Source of the DNA: Christensenellaceae bacterium
Lineage (GTDB): Bacteria; Bacillota; Clostridia; Christensenellales; CAG-138
Length of the DNA stretch: 64,000 nucleotides
Direction of reading: 5' to 3'
NCBI GenBank assembly: GCA_963665515.1
Contig: OY762278.1
Location: 2,862,414-2,926,413, forward strand
The number at the start of each line of letters is the position of its first letter. Position 1 is the stretch's first letter. Under the pieces are notes generated by a model. That model ran no database searches and was not told the DNA's origin. It was given only the letters and a program-made list of their open reading frames with translations. A program made the position numbers and the translations under genes. This document shows, piece after piece, positions 9,559 to 18,375 of this stretch.

Positions 9559-10383
9559 TCACAGGTTCACTACGCTTCCGCTCATCAGCGGTTGCAGCCG
9601 GTCCCCCATGATTTCTTTTAATATCCGGTACGGTCCGGGGCCTGTGCAATGTCCGGTGTAAAAAACCGCGCCGGTCTTCTTCAGCGCCTCGCCAACTTTC
9701 AGGACTTGCTCCGGCGATTCGCTCTTCTTCGAGGTCGGGTTGTGCAGATGGAATCCGCCGATTACAACGTTCATTGGCTTTCCGGTCAATTCGCGTGCGC
9801 GACGGACGATATTGACAATGCCACAGTGCGCGCAGCCAGCAAGTAAAACATGCTTTCCGTTTTCCGTTAGAATCAAGTTCTGCTCGTGTACAAAGTCGTC
9901 TTCAAGCGTGACGCCGTTTCGTTCGGCTAGTAATACACGGTTGGACTCCGAGTAAAGCTCGCGTTCAGTCACGTTGGAAAATAGTTCAATTCCGCTTGCA
10001 ATGCGCTCGTACTCACCCGTCCAAATAAGCCTGCCGCTTTGCAGATACGTCAAATCGAGCCCAATATCGTCCTTTTTCCCGTTTGCGCGCAGTACAAGAT
10101 GCTTGTCGAACGCTTGCTTGCGAACATATACCATTGCCTTTTGATTTTCGCGCAAAAACGCGTACAGTCCACCGCCATGATCATAATGCCCGTGGGAAAC
10201 GACCGCAAATTCAATCTCAGAAAGATCAACCCCCATCGCTTTTGCGTTTTTAAGGAACAGATCGGTCTTTCCCATGTCAAAGAGCAGTTTCCTACTGTTC
10301 GATTCCACATACAAACTCAATCCGTGTTCGGAAGCGATATTTCCAGAAAGCGTGGTGTCTTCAACAAGCGCTTTGATCAGCAT
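9559..10383 (-). CDS. MBL-fold metallo-hydrolase
   Basis: 274 aa with the HGHYDHGGGL metallo-beta-lactamase motif. Confidence 0.75.
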   Translation of the reverse strand: MLIKALVEDTTLSGNIASEHGLSLYVESNSRKLLFDMGKTDLFLKNAKAMGVDLSEIEFAVVSHGHYDHGGGLYAFLRENQKAMVYVRKQAFDKHLVLRANGKKDDIGLDLTYLQSGRLIWTGEYERIASGIELFSNVTERELYSESNRVLLAERNGVTLEDDFVHEQNLILTENGKHVLLAGCAHCGIVNIVRRARELTGKPMNVVIGGFHLHNPTSKKSESPEQVLKVGEALKKTGAVFYTGHCTGPGPYRILKEIMGDRLQPLMSGSVVNL

Positions 10384-10387
10384 AACT

Positions 10388-11263
10388 TCAGTCTGCTCCC
10401 TTCACGGTTTTGTTATCAGCAATCAGTGTGTTCAGTTCGTCCCACATCAACAATATTGCTTTTTCCGCCGCGCTGTCCTTATAGTGCGTAATCGGCTTCA
10501 ATTCGTTGATTGAGCGCGGCACAGCCTCGTCAAACGGAATCTTCCCCACGAGCGGTATGTCGTGTTCGGAACTGTAAGCAGAAATTTGCTTGGTCACATC
10601 GGGATTTAAGTCAAATTTGTTGACGCAAACAGCAGCCGGAATACCGAAATGTTCGCTTAGCTCGACAACGCGCTTAAAATCTTCCAGTCCGGACAACGTT
10701 GGCTCGGTTACGATCAAAACAAGGTTTGCCGCCGTGACAGAAGAAATCACCGCGCATCCAACACCGGGTGAACCGTCCGCAATGATCCACTGATCCGCAT
10801 CGGCGGCTTTCCTGGCGTTTTTTCGCAGCAGCGTAATGAGTTTCCCAGAACCTTCGCTGCCGACAGCCATTTCCGCACGCGAGAGCAGACCCGCACTGGT
10901 TTTCGTCATGATGACGTCCGCGTCGTGCTGTGAAGTCATAGAAATTGCTTTTTGCGGGCATGCAAGCGCACACGCACCGCAGCCTTCGCATGAGAACGGA
11001 TCAATCGTATGGCCCGTTATCGCGCCAAACCGGCAAACTGATTCACACACACCACAATCCAAGCAAAGCTGTTCACTGACCACCGCCAGTTTCGAACCGG
11101 AAAATGGTTCACGTTCAACATCTTCGCCTTTGTAATACAGATAGAGGTTTGGCGCATCCACATCGCAGTCGGCTTTTACAGCATCTTGGTTGAGGTCTGC
11201 AAGTGCAACGGCGACCGTCGTTTTACCCGTGCCGCCTTTGCCGCTGATAATCGTTAACTCCAT
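10388..11263 (-). CDS. MinD/ParA-superfamily P-loop ATPase with an inserted 4Fe-4S ferredoxin domain
   Basis: Start reassigned to MELTIISGKGGTGKTT (ATG 11261-11263), overlapping the upstream stop by 10 nt. Two CxxCxxC-type clusters (CLDCGVCESVC, CEGCGACALAC). Confidence 0.8.
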   Translation of the reverse strand: MELTIISGKGGTGKTTVAVALADLNQDAVKADCDVDAPNLYLYYKGEDVEREPFSGSKLAVVSEQLCLDCGVCESVCRFGAITGHTIDPFSCEGCGACALACPQKAISMTSQHDADVIMTKTSAGLLSRAEMAVGSEGSGKLITLLRKNARKAADADQWIIADGSPGVGCAVISSVTAANLVLIVTEPTLSGLEDFKRVVELSEHFGIPAAVCVNKFDLNPDVTKQISAYSSEHDIPLVGKIPFDEAVPRSINELKPITHYKDSAAEKAILLMWDELNTLIADNKTVKGAD

Positions 11264-12087
11264 GCAAACGCCTCCTTCATGCTCCGCGCAATCTGTTCGA
11301 ATGCAGGTTTCATTTCCGGCAGTTCGCTGATCAATTCTCCCCTTGAGTAAGCCTGTGCTGCGCTTCGCGAAAACGGAATGCGACCGAACAGCGAAATCGA
11401 ATGCGCCTGACAATAGCGCTCGATCAATTGATCTGTATCGCCGCTTTTATTGATGACCACGCCAAAAGGAATGCCGCGCTTTTGCAAAAGCTCCACCGCA
11501 AGGCCCATATCGTGCAATCCAAATACAGTCGGCTCTGTAATCACGAGCGCTGCATCGGCGTGTTTCAGCGTTGTCGTAACGTTGCAGGACGTGCCCGGCG
11601 AGCAGTCCAGAATGCGGTGATTAGCGAGCTTCAGCGTATCCAGAAGCCTTCGTATGACCGGAACTGCCATATGTTCGCCAACGTTCAACACGCCGCGCGC
11701 ACAATGAATGCCCTTCGCCTCGCCGCGCTCAATGACGCCGACCATGCGTTGCTGGTAAAATATTGCCTTTGGCGCACAAACCAACTCGCACGCATGACAG
11801 CCGTGGCACAGCTCCGGAAACAGCAGAATGCTTTTTTTCGTATTTGCCAGCGCATGGAATTCACATGCACTTGCGCAATTTCCGCAAAGCGTGCATTTCT
11901 CCTTATCAAAAACCGGATAGTCTACCGGGACGTCCTCCTGTGAAATCTGCTCAGGTTTTAGGAACAAAAAGCCGTTCGGTTCTTCCACATCGCAGTCGAT
12001 ATAGTCTGTTTTCAGCAGTGCGGCTAAGTTGACGGATACCGTCGTTTTGCCTGTGCCGCCTTTGCCGCTGAGAATGCAAATGTTCAC
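11254..12087 (-). CDS. MinD/ParA-superfamily P-loop ATPase with an inserted 4Fe-4S ferredoxin domain (paralog)
   Basis: 277 aa. MNICILSGKGGTGKTT Walker A. CTLCGNCASAC and CHGCHACELVC clusters. Confidence 0.8.
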   Translation of the reverse strand: MNICILSGKGGTGKTTVSVNLAALLKTDYIDCDVEEPNGFLFLKPEQISQEDVPVDYPVFDKEKCTLCGNCASACEFHALANTKKSILLFPELCHGCHACELVCAPKAIFYQQRMVGVIERGEAKGIHCARGVLNVGEHMAVPVIRRLLDTLKLANHRILDCSPGTSCNVTTTLKHADAALVITEPTVFGLHDMGLAVELLQKRGIPFGVVINKSGDTDQLIERYCQAHSISLFGRIPFSRSAAQAYSRGELISELPEMKPAFEQIARSMKEAFAWS

Positions 12088-12461
12088 CGGTTCGTTCCTC
12101 TGTTCATGCCGGCGTGCGCTTGCCCTGCCTGGCTGATTTCTTCGAGTTTTCCTTCTTTTAGCTGCTTGACCACACCCATCAGCGGCATTTCGCCGACGCG
12201 GTATGCTTTGATATCCGCCTCGTTGAGCACGCGGAATGCATTCGGTCCAAGGTTACCGGTGCAGACGGCCTCGACTCCCGCGTCCAGCAGTTGCTGTGCG
12301 GCCGCAATGCCTGCGCCGCCTGAAGCGGTTTTTGCCGCGTTGTCCAAAAACTGGATAGCGTTGGTGTCCGTATCGACGATTGCAAACGATTCGCAGCGGC
12401 CAAAGCGCGGGTCAACAACTGCCGTTGCGCTGTTATTCGTGCTTGAAATTCCAACTAACAT
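12084..12461 (-). CDS. NifB/NifX-family FeMo-cofactor-binding-domain protein
   Basis: 125 aa. VDPRFGRCESFAIVD and GAGIAAAQ.L blocks typical of the family. 4-nt overlap with the downstream gene. Confidence 0.8.
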   Translation of the reverse strand: MLVGISSTNNSATAVVDPRFGRCESFAIVDTDTNAIQFLDNAAKTASGGAGIAAAQQLLDAGVEAVCTGNLGPNAFRVLNEADIKAYRVGEMPLMGVVKQLKEGKLEEISQAGQAHAGMNRGTNR

Positions 12462-12476
12462 TTTGATTTCTCCTTG

Positions 12477-12851
12477 TTATTCTTCGTCCTGTTGTCCGTA
12501 TCTTGGCCCGTGTCGATGCCGTCTGCATCCGCCACATCCGCAGCTCTCTTCCTCGCCATCGCAGAGCACATAGTCCCCGCCTTGAATCAGAAGCCGCCGT
12601 CCGTTGACCAGTACGTCCGCAAGTTTTTTTCGTGCTTCGTTATAAATGCCCTGCACAGTTGTCCGTGCAACGTTCATCTGCGCGGCGCATTCTTCCTGCG
12701 TGAAACCCTGCAGATCGATCAGGCGGATGGTTTCATATTCGTCTACGCTCATAATGACGGCTTCGTTGTTACCAGCCGGACCGCCGAGTGGCCCAAACAT
12801 CGCGTTGCCGGGAAGACAGCAGACTTTTCTCCATTTCCTTGGTCTTGGCAT
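12477..12851 (-). CDS. DUF134 (UPF0251) predicted DNA-binding protein
   Basis: Start set to ATG 12849-12851 ([14 protein letters not shown], the canonical DUF134 N-terminus) with an AGGTG RBS 6 nt upstream. The longer ORF-track start is a GTG inside that RBS. Confidence 0.8.
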   Translation of the reverse strand: MPRPRKWRKVCCLPGNAMFGPLGGPAGNNEAVIMSVDEYETIRLIDLQGFTQEECAAQMNVARTTVQGIYNEARKKLADVLVNGRRLLIQGGDYVLCDGEEESCGCGGCRRHRHGPRYGQQDEE

Positions 12852-12917
12852 TTGTTTCACCTCTTTTTATACAGCGGAAGCTACAGGAGCGTCCTCCCGC
12901 GGCTTCCGTTACATTTC

Positions 12918-13190
12918 TTATTCGTTTTCGCTTTCCAGGCTCTTGTTGACAGCAGCAAGCTGCTGCTCAAGCATCTGCTTCTGGTCGGCGAGCATTGCGC
13001 GGCGCGTTTGTGCGCCTGGCTGTGCGGCAAAATTGCGATATCCGCAGCCACGGTTGCAGCCACGGCCCCGGCGCATGCCCATGCCAAACGGTGCGGCGTT
13101 TGCTGTTGCGTTTGTGCCAAAGCATCCGCCCATTCCTCTTCCGGTTCCCGCTCCGGTACCCATTGGGCCGGTTCCATCTCTGTACGGCAT
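12918..13190 (-). CDS. DUF5320-family small Gly/Arg-rich protein with a C-terminal coiled coil
   Basis: 90 aa. MPYRDGTGPMGTGAGTGRGMGGC start and the LEQQLAAVNKSLE tail match my recollection of DUF5320 proteins. AGGAGG RBS. Confidence 0.75.
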   Translation of the reverse strand: MPYRDGTGPMGTGAGTGRGMGGCFGTNATANAAPFGMGMRRGRGCNRGCGYRNFAAQPGAQTRRAMLADQKQMLEQQLAAVNKSLESENE

Positions 13191-13211
13191 TGTGTTTTCA
13201 CCTCCTTGCGG

Positions 13212-13269
13212 TTATTGACATATGTCGCTTACGATTTCATTATACATGGTTTCCGTCATATGTCAATAA
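13212..13269. repeat. Perfect 13-bp inverted repeat TTATTGACATATG / CATATGTCAATAA bracketing that promoter (candidate operator)
   Basis: Arms at 13212-13224 and 13257-13269 with a 32-bp spacer. One arm contains the -35 hexamer; the other lies at about +8 to +20 of the predicted transcript. Confidence 0.8.
13239..13266 (-). promoter_or_regulatory. Near-consensus sigma-70 promoter of the DUF5320 operon (TTGACA-16-TATAAT)
   Basis: Minus strand: -35 TTGACA (13261-13266), 16-nt spacer, -10 TATAAT (13239-13244), about 50 nt upstream of the DUF5320 ATG. Confidence 0.7.
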
Positions 13270-13377
13270 TAAAAGCAAAAGAATTTATTACTATTCTTCA
13301 TTAGTCCCAAATAATAGAATCCCGGGCTCTCGCCCGGGATCATTAGCTCTTTTCAATACCGAAGCTAATATTTTTGA

Positions 13378-13905
13378 CTATAGCGCTATCCAATACCGCT
13401 CCAGCGTATCGTCCGCTTTTTCGTAATACACTGTGTTTTCATAAACGCCGCCGCAGGATAAAATCGTCCGTCGGCTGCCTTCGTTTTCAACCGTGCATGT
13501 GATTAGTATCCGATCAAGCCCGAATTTCCGGCAAACATCCATGCACGCCGTCAGCATTTTCTTCGCGTATCCCTTTCTGCGTTCACTTGGGCGGACGGAA
13601 TAGCCGATGTTACCGCCGAACTGCCGCAAAAAATCGTTGAAGGAATGCCGAAATTGTATCATGCCGAGAATTCTACCGTCATTCTCGCGAACAAATGCAA
13701 ACTGCTCGGAAACAACCCAATTATCAGGTTTGGTTTGTTCATCCTCTGCAAGGCGGTTGAATTCCAGCCATTCGAATGGGTCTTCCAGGCGCCGCAGCGG
13801 TCCGGTTCCATCCATAGACGAATCGGTTTCCAAAAATTCTCTTCGATAAGACGCAATCTCCGCGGACATCGATTTGTCCGGTTTGATAAGCCTGTATGAC
13901 TCCAT
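13378..13905 (-). CDS. GNAT-family N-acetyltransferase
   Basis: 175 aa. RRKGYAKKML acetyl-CoA-binding (R/Q-x-x-G-x-A/G) motif. Confidence 0.75.
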   Translation of the reverse strand: MESYRLIKPDKSMSAEIASYRREFLETDSSMDGTGPLRRLEDPFEWLEFNRLAEDEQTKPDNWVVSEQFAFVRENDGRILGMIQFRHSFNDFLRQFGGNIGYSVRPSERRKGYAKKMLTACMDVCRKFGLDRILITCTVENEGSRRTILSCGGVYENTVYYEKADDTLERYWIAL

Positions 13906-13918
13906 AAAAGGTTCCTCA

Positions 13919-14404
13919 TTAACCGTGATTGAACTGTAAGTGGTCCGAACCTAAGAAGACTGCTCCTTCCGATTCCAAAAGGTCATAGAACCTCTCTTTT
14001 ACAATTTTCGGGAGCAGGTTCAGATTTGCTACGTTCAAAAGTTCGATCCACTCGCTGGCAATTTGTAAGTCGTCCGTTTCACTCGGCTCCACCGTGTCGT
14101 TTGACGCGAGTCTGCACAGGAAAATATGCAGCATCTTGTGTGCATACTGCGGATATTCATCACGGAATTTCGGGCTTTCGTTGATCTCCTCAAACAGCGC
14201 CACAAACCGCTCCGGTACGACGGAGTAGCCTGTTTCTTCCAAACATTCCCTGCGGATTGCCTGATCGAGCGTTTCATACGTCTCCTGCCCGCCACCCGGC
14301 AGAGAATAGTAATCGCCATTCAGCCTGTCATGACAGCGATTGAGTAACACCTTGCCATCGTTTACAACAATCAATTTTACCGTGCTTCTTACGCCAATTT
14401 CCAT
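13919..14404 (-). CDS. NUDIX hydrolase
   Basis: 161 aa with Nudix box GGGQETYETLDQAIRRECLEETG. Confidence 0.85.
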   Translation of the reverse strand: MEIGVRSTVKLIVVNDGKVLLNRCHDRLNGDYYSLPGGGQETYETLDQAIRRECLEETGYSVVPERFVALFEEINESPKFRDEYPQYAHKMLHIFLCRLASNDTVEPSETDDLQIASEWIELLNVANLNLLPKIVKERFYDLLESEGAVFLGSDHLQFNHG

Positions 14405-14482
14405 TTCGTCTCTCCAACGCTCCGTTTACCGGCCATCCGGCAATTATTTGCCATCATAGCACATATAGATATGCGATTCAAA

Positions 14483-15367
14483 TCAATAAACGCCATCGAC
14501 GTCCTTTGGCAAACGGCAAACGTGCGTACAGAATTCTCTACTGTTTTTCGCCTCGATCTCATCATAGCAAAATCCGAGTTCTTCCGACAAATACGTCGCC
14601 GTTTCGTTAAACAAATCACACATGGTAAATACAGCTTGCCAGATTTCGTCCGTCCTTGCCCGAGGATATGTTTCCATCAGACGCTCCCATGATTTCTTCG
14701 GAAGCCACCTGTACAGATATTTGCCCGATTTGCCGATATTTACCGAAAAGTTCGTCTCCGATCCGACGCGCCAGCCGAGCATGCGAATCAATTCCGGACG
14801 CACAACGCAATTAAGCATGTCCATCACGTATGGCAATTCGTTTCGCCACAAGCCTTTTGCAACATTGTTCAAGCACCACCAGAACTCGTTGCAAGACGCC
14901 AGAAACGCTGTTTCACCCGGTTGCTTAACCCAATATGCCTTGTCGGATGTACAATCGCCTTTCGGCAAGCAATCGCACTTGTCCAGCAATACACGGTATG
15001 GTTCACCGCTAATAAGCGCCTTTGCTGCGTAACTTTGCGTGACAACATGCAAATCCATTCGAACGCCGTCGTTAAACTGCATGAGCCAACCGTAACAGTT
15101 CTCCCTGTCGTGCGGATATTGATCGCCGTCTTCCGGATACTGCATATAAAGCCGTTCGCCAAAGCGGTCGATCCAGTCATGCTCGCGAATGAACGTTGCG
15201 GTTTCTCGCACAATATATACAACGTCGTAATACTGAAAGATGTCCTTCGGAGCGTTCGAGTTTGCTCTGGAACCTTCCAGGTATGCACCGAGGATGCGAT
15301 CGTCCGCCTTTGCCGTCGATAAAATCAATTCCATCATTTCACGCTCCGAGCGCATGTTTGCATTCAT
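14483..15367 (-). CDS. Aminoglycoside 6-nucleotidyltransferase, ANT(6)/AadK-like
   Basis: 294 aa. MRSEREMMELIL..DDRI....LEGSR.N...P.D.FQ.YD..Y.V and later CNEFWW / VRPEL.RML.W blocks closely parallel B. subtilis AadK as I recall it. The true start may be the internal MRSERE (15355). Confidence 0.8.
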   Translation of the reverse strand: MNANMRSEREMMELILSTAKADDRILGAYLEGSRANSNAPKDIFQYYDVVYIVRETATFIREHDWIDRFGERLYMQYPEDGDQYPHDRENCYGWLMQFNDGVRMDLHVVTQSYAAKALISGEPYRVLLDKCDCLPKGDCTSDKAYWVKQPGETAFLASCNEFWWCLNNVAKGLWRNELPYVMDMLNCVVRPELIRMLGWRVGSETNFSVNIGKSGKYLYRWLPKKSWERLMETYPRARTDEIWQAVFTMCDLFNETATYLSEELGFCYDEIEAKNSREFCTHVCRLPKDVDGVY

Positions 15368-15436
15368 CCCCTTATCATAGCTATGTTTCGCAAATCATTA
15401 TCACGTCAATGATAGCGGTTGGCAATGGTAGCCAAA

Positions 15437-15877
15437 TCAGGTGTCGATTCTTTTCATCTCCGTTAGCGCCTTATTTCGATAATTCAAGTCCGTCCGTATC
15501 GAGAATCCCCTGCGCTCCCAGAAAATGTTTCCGGTGTCGTTCCTGCCAAAAACAACAAGCGCTGCTTTATGGATGCCCTCGCACTGCAAGGCTTGGATCG
15601 CGGCGTCGACCAGCGCGGAGCCAATGCCGCAATTTTGCCTGTCGAGTGCCACCGCCGTATGGTAAATATAGCCGCGCCGTCCGTCATGTCCGGCTAATAT
15701 GGCTCCAACAATTTTGCCGTCCACGGCCGCAACAAAACAAGTGCTCGGGTTCCTGAACAGGTATCTTTGGATTCCATCCCTCGAATCGTCAATGTTGTTG
15801 AGTCCCATTCCGGGTGTCGACATCCAAAGTTGATAGATCTTTTCGTAATCGTCTATCGTTAGTTTTCTAATCTCCAT
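15437..15877 (-). CDS. GNAT-family N-acetyltransferase
   Basis: Start set to MEIRKLT (ATG 15875-15877) behind a GGAGA RBS. QNCGIGSALV acetyl-CoA motif. Confidence 0.75.
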   Translation of the reverse strand: MEIRKLTIDDYEKIYQLWMSTPGMGLNNIDDSRDGIQRYLFRNPSTCFVAAVDGKIVGAILAGHDGRRGYIYHTAVALDRQNCGIGSALVDAAIQALQCEGIHKAALVVFGRNDTGNIFWERRGFSIRTDLNYRNKALTEMKRIDT

Positions 15878-15976
15878 ATGCCGGTCTCCATGAAACAAGT
15901 TTGCTTTCACATCGTATCGTATAAAGCGCATCATATCAATACCAATGAGCGATGCATCCTATATGAATTCACTATA

Positions 15977-16010
15977 GAAAAAACACACCCTTCGATAATG
16001 GAAGGATGTG
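15977..16010 (-). terminator. Intrinsic terminator closing the LRR-kinase gene cluster
   Basis: 10-bp stem (15984-15993 / 16001-16010) whose only mismatch is a G.U wobble in the minus-strand RNA, followed by U6. Confidence 0.8.
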
Positions 16011-16175
16011 CTTCGTTTGGTGGAACATTTGCACCCATATGTAAACCCCTATGTCTTTCTTGGCGGGTTTGGGATGACGGTGTCTTTAATCTATAATTCT
16101 GAAAATACTGAAAATTCACACAAAATAAAAGTTGCTACCCGATAATCTGTTTGAAAATCACTTAATATTGTTAAA

Positions 16176-17807
16176 TTATGATGTATACCGTATCGTAAAC
16201 ACCGTATCTGTCAGTGTAGTCTCAGCCGCGTCCTGGAGTGTTTCATCCAGACGCACTTCTTTCAGCTGCGGCAATGCCAAAAGCGGGGCAAGGTCGTCAT
16301 CCGCAACATTTGAAAGTTCAATCACTTTTAAATTCCCAAATGCTTCTATCCCGGCGAGCGTTTGCAGCGGCGTTTCGCGCATATAAAGCTCCCGTATGCT
16401 GATCAGCCCATCCAGCGCCTGGAAAGATGTGACCCAGGTTTTGCCTATGTCTACGTTTTCCAGCATTTTACAGCCAGAAAGCGCAGACAAATCTGAAACA
16501 TGCGTCTCAAACAAAGAAAGCAGTTTCAAAGCAGGCAGCGTCGCCAGTGGCGAGATATCTTCCAGCGGGTTGTGCCTAAGATCGACTGTTTCCAGCGAGC
16601 GGAGCCCGGAAAGCGCTGAAATGTCCGTTAAATCTTGTAGCGCGATACGTACCGTTTTCAGATTTTTTAATTGTGCAAGATCGTCCAGAGACGACAGCCC
16701 ACCGTTTTTAAGAACACCGTCGTTTAGCGCCATGTGTGCGCCCAGCTCATCAAAAGATGGCGAATCTGCCACAGCCTGATCGCCGTATATATAAATCTCC
16801 GTCACATTGAGCAAATCCAATTCCGTAATCGGTTCGTTACCATCCTTGCCCAGAGACAATCGAATCGCCTGCTCAATCAGCGGTTCTTCAAATCGCACAC
16901 CGTTTTTTACGTATGGCAACGACGCGTTCGTATAGCGGCCAATCACAAAACCGGCGCAAAGGCATGCGACGCAGGTCAAAACGCCGCAAGTCAAGCGTGC
17001 GGCAAGTTTTTGTTTGTGGCCATCCGCGTTAAGAAGTTCCTTTTTTACCTGCATAACCGATCGGTAACGTTTATCCGGCGCAAAGGCCGTACATCTTTTA
17101 ACAATCCGTCTTAGACGGCAATTTTTAATGTTTTCACAGATGTTTCTGCGTTCAAAGTTGTTTGTCAGCATCCACCCAAGTAAAACGCCAAGCGAAAAAA
17201 TGTCCGCCGTCGTATCTGTCTGGGCAAACCCGTACTGTTCCGGCGGCGCGAAGTCTTTTGTGCCGAAACAGACCGTATCTCCATCTGCATCCTTGTCATA
17301 GGTGCGTGAAATTCCGAAATCAATGAGGTGCAGTCCGTCCTTATCATCCACAATGAGGTTTTGCGGCTTAATATCGCGATGGATGACCGGTGGCGTCTGC
17401 GCATGCAGATAGGCGAGGATATCACATAGCTTAACAGCAAAGCAGACGGCTTGTTGCTCGTTCAGCGGGTGCTTTACGGCATAGCGATCAAGCGGCGTAC
17501 CTTTTACATATTCTCGCACTACACACAACATGCGATCATTTTCAAATCGGCCTTCATACCGCGGCAGTCCCGGGTGGTTTAAATTTTTTAAAATATCCGC
17601 TTCCGTTGCATGCGAAAGCAATGTCTTGTCGGTATAACACTTCGCAATAAAATGCTCGCGTGTAATCCTGTTTTTCACGAGAAGAGTTACGTCCGTCCGC
17701 TCCGGTGTCAAGCATTCAAGCGCTTCATACTCGCTGATAAAACCATCGGGATACTGTGCGCTGTCGCTGTCCGCTAAAATGCTTTCAATGTATGCGTCGT
17801 CCATCAC
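16176..17807 (-). CDS. Membrane Ser/Thr protein kinase: N-terminal Hanks-type kinase domain, one TM helix, C-terminal leucine-rich-repeat ectodomain
   Basis: 543 aa. FIAK (catalytic Lys), HRDIKPQN, DFG, APPE. Hydrophobic segment at about residues 269-291. C-terminal LRRs (LxxLxxLxLxxNxLxDISxL). The start overlaps the upstream HTH gene's stop by 4 nt. Confidence 0.85.
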   Translation of the reverse strand: MMDDAYIESILADSDSAQYPDGFISEYEALECLTPERTDVTLLVKNRITREHFIAKCYTDKTLLSHATEADILKNLNHPGLPRYEGRFENDRMLCVVREYVKGTPLDRYAVKHPLNEQQAVCFAVKLCDILAYLHAQTPPVIHRDIKPQNLIVDDKDGLHLIDFGISRTYDKDADGDTVCFGTKDFAPPEQYGFAQTDTTADIFSLGVLLGWMLTNNFERRNICENIKNCRLRRIVKRCTAFAPDKRYRSVMQVKKELLNADGHKQKLAARLTCGVLTCVACLCAGFVIGRYTNASLPYVKNGVRFEEPLIEQAIRLSLGKDGNEPITELDLLNVTEIYIYGDQAVADSPSFDELGAHMALNDGVLKNGGLSSLDDLAQLKNLKTVRIALQDLTDISALSGLRSLETVDLRHNPLEDISPLATLPALKLLSLFETHVSDLSALSGCKMLENVDIGKTWVTSFQALDGLISIRELYMRETPLQTLAGIEAFGNLKVIELSNVADDDLAPLLALPQLKEVRLDETLQDAAETTLTDTVFTIRYTS

Positions 17808-18253
17808 GCGTCCTCTCCGCCAAGCGGTGTTAACCCCATTCGGTGCAACAGATCCTGTGTTTCACTAAAAGGCTTTCGGTCGTGCAGGCACCGCAGGATT
17901 GCGGCGTCTCTCACAATGCGCGGATAGAGCGGACTCATTCTTGCAGCTTTAAGCAGCTCCTGCGTTTCCTCATCGTCCAGACCGAAGCCAAACGAAAGCT
18001 GCAGGAGCTTATCGCGCGACGGCTTGCGCGTTCCATTAAAAATCTGATGCAGATATGTGCGGTCTATGTTGCAGCGGGTCACAATTTCCGCCGGAGAAAG
18101 CCCGGAAGCGCGGCGCAACCCTGTGAGGTATTCGTTGATCTGCGTTGAAACAAACAAGTCGGAGTTTTCATTTACAAAATCTTCGACGTTGGGCGCTTTA
18201 AACAACCGCCGCTGAAGCGTTGCGGTTATGCGGTCCGTTTTAATTTGTGCCAC
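17804..18253 (-). CDS. XRE-type helix-turn-helix protein (HTH-B), translationally coupled to the kinase
   Basis: 149 aa. LSPAEIVTRCNIDRTYLHQIFNGTRKPSRDKLLQLSFGFGL HTH block. Paralog of 18376..18798. Confidence 0.75.
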   Translation of the reverse strand: MAQIKTDRITATLQRRLFKAPNVEDFVNENSDLFVSTQINEYLTGLRRASGLSPAEIVTRCNIDRTYLHQIFNGTRKPSRDKLLQLSFGFGLDDEETQELLKAARMSPLYPRIVRDAAILRCLHDRKPFSETQDLLHRMGLTPLGGEDA

Positions 18254-18375
18254 TCTCCCGTGTCTCCTTTGTCTGTAATATTACTACCATTATAAGTGCC
18301 TTTTTCAAAAGAGACAAGGAGGTTTCAGAGCTTACCGGTTCTTGATCACAAATATCAACACCGCTGTACTGTGCT

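Noticed and set aside
10388-11413. 50-codon N-terminal extension of the second MinD-like ORF
   Set aside because: It overlaps the preceding paralog by 160 nt. The P-loop protein starts naturally at MELTIISGKGGTGKT (11263).
15931-16119. 62-aa minus-strand ORF between the kinase stop and its terminator
   Set aside because: It has no RBS and overlaps the terminator hairpin. The composition is not protein-like.
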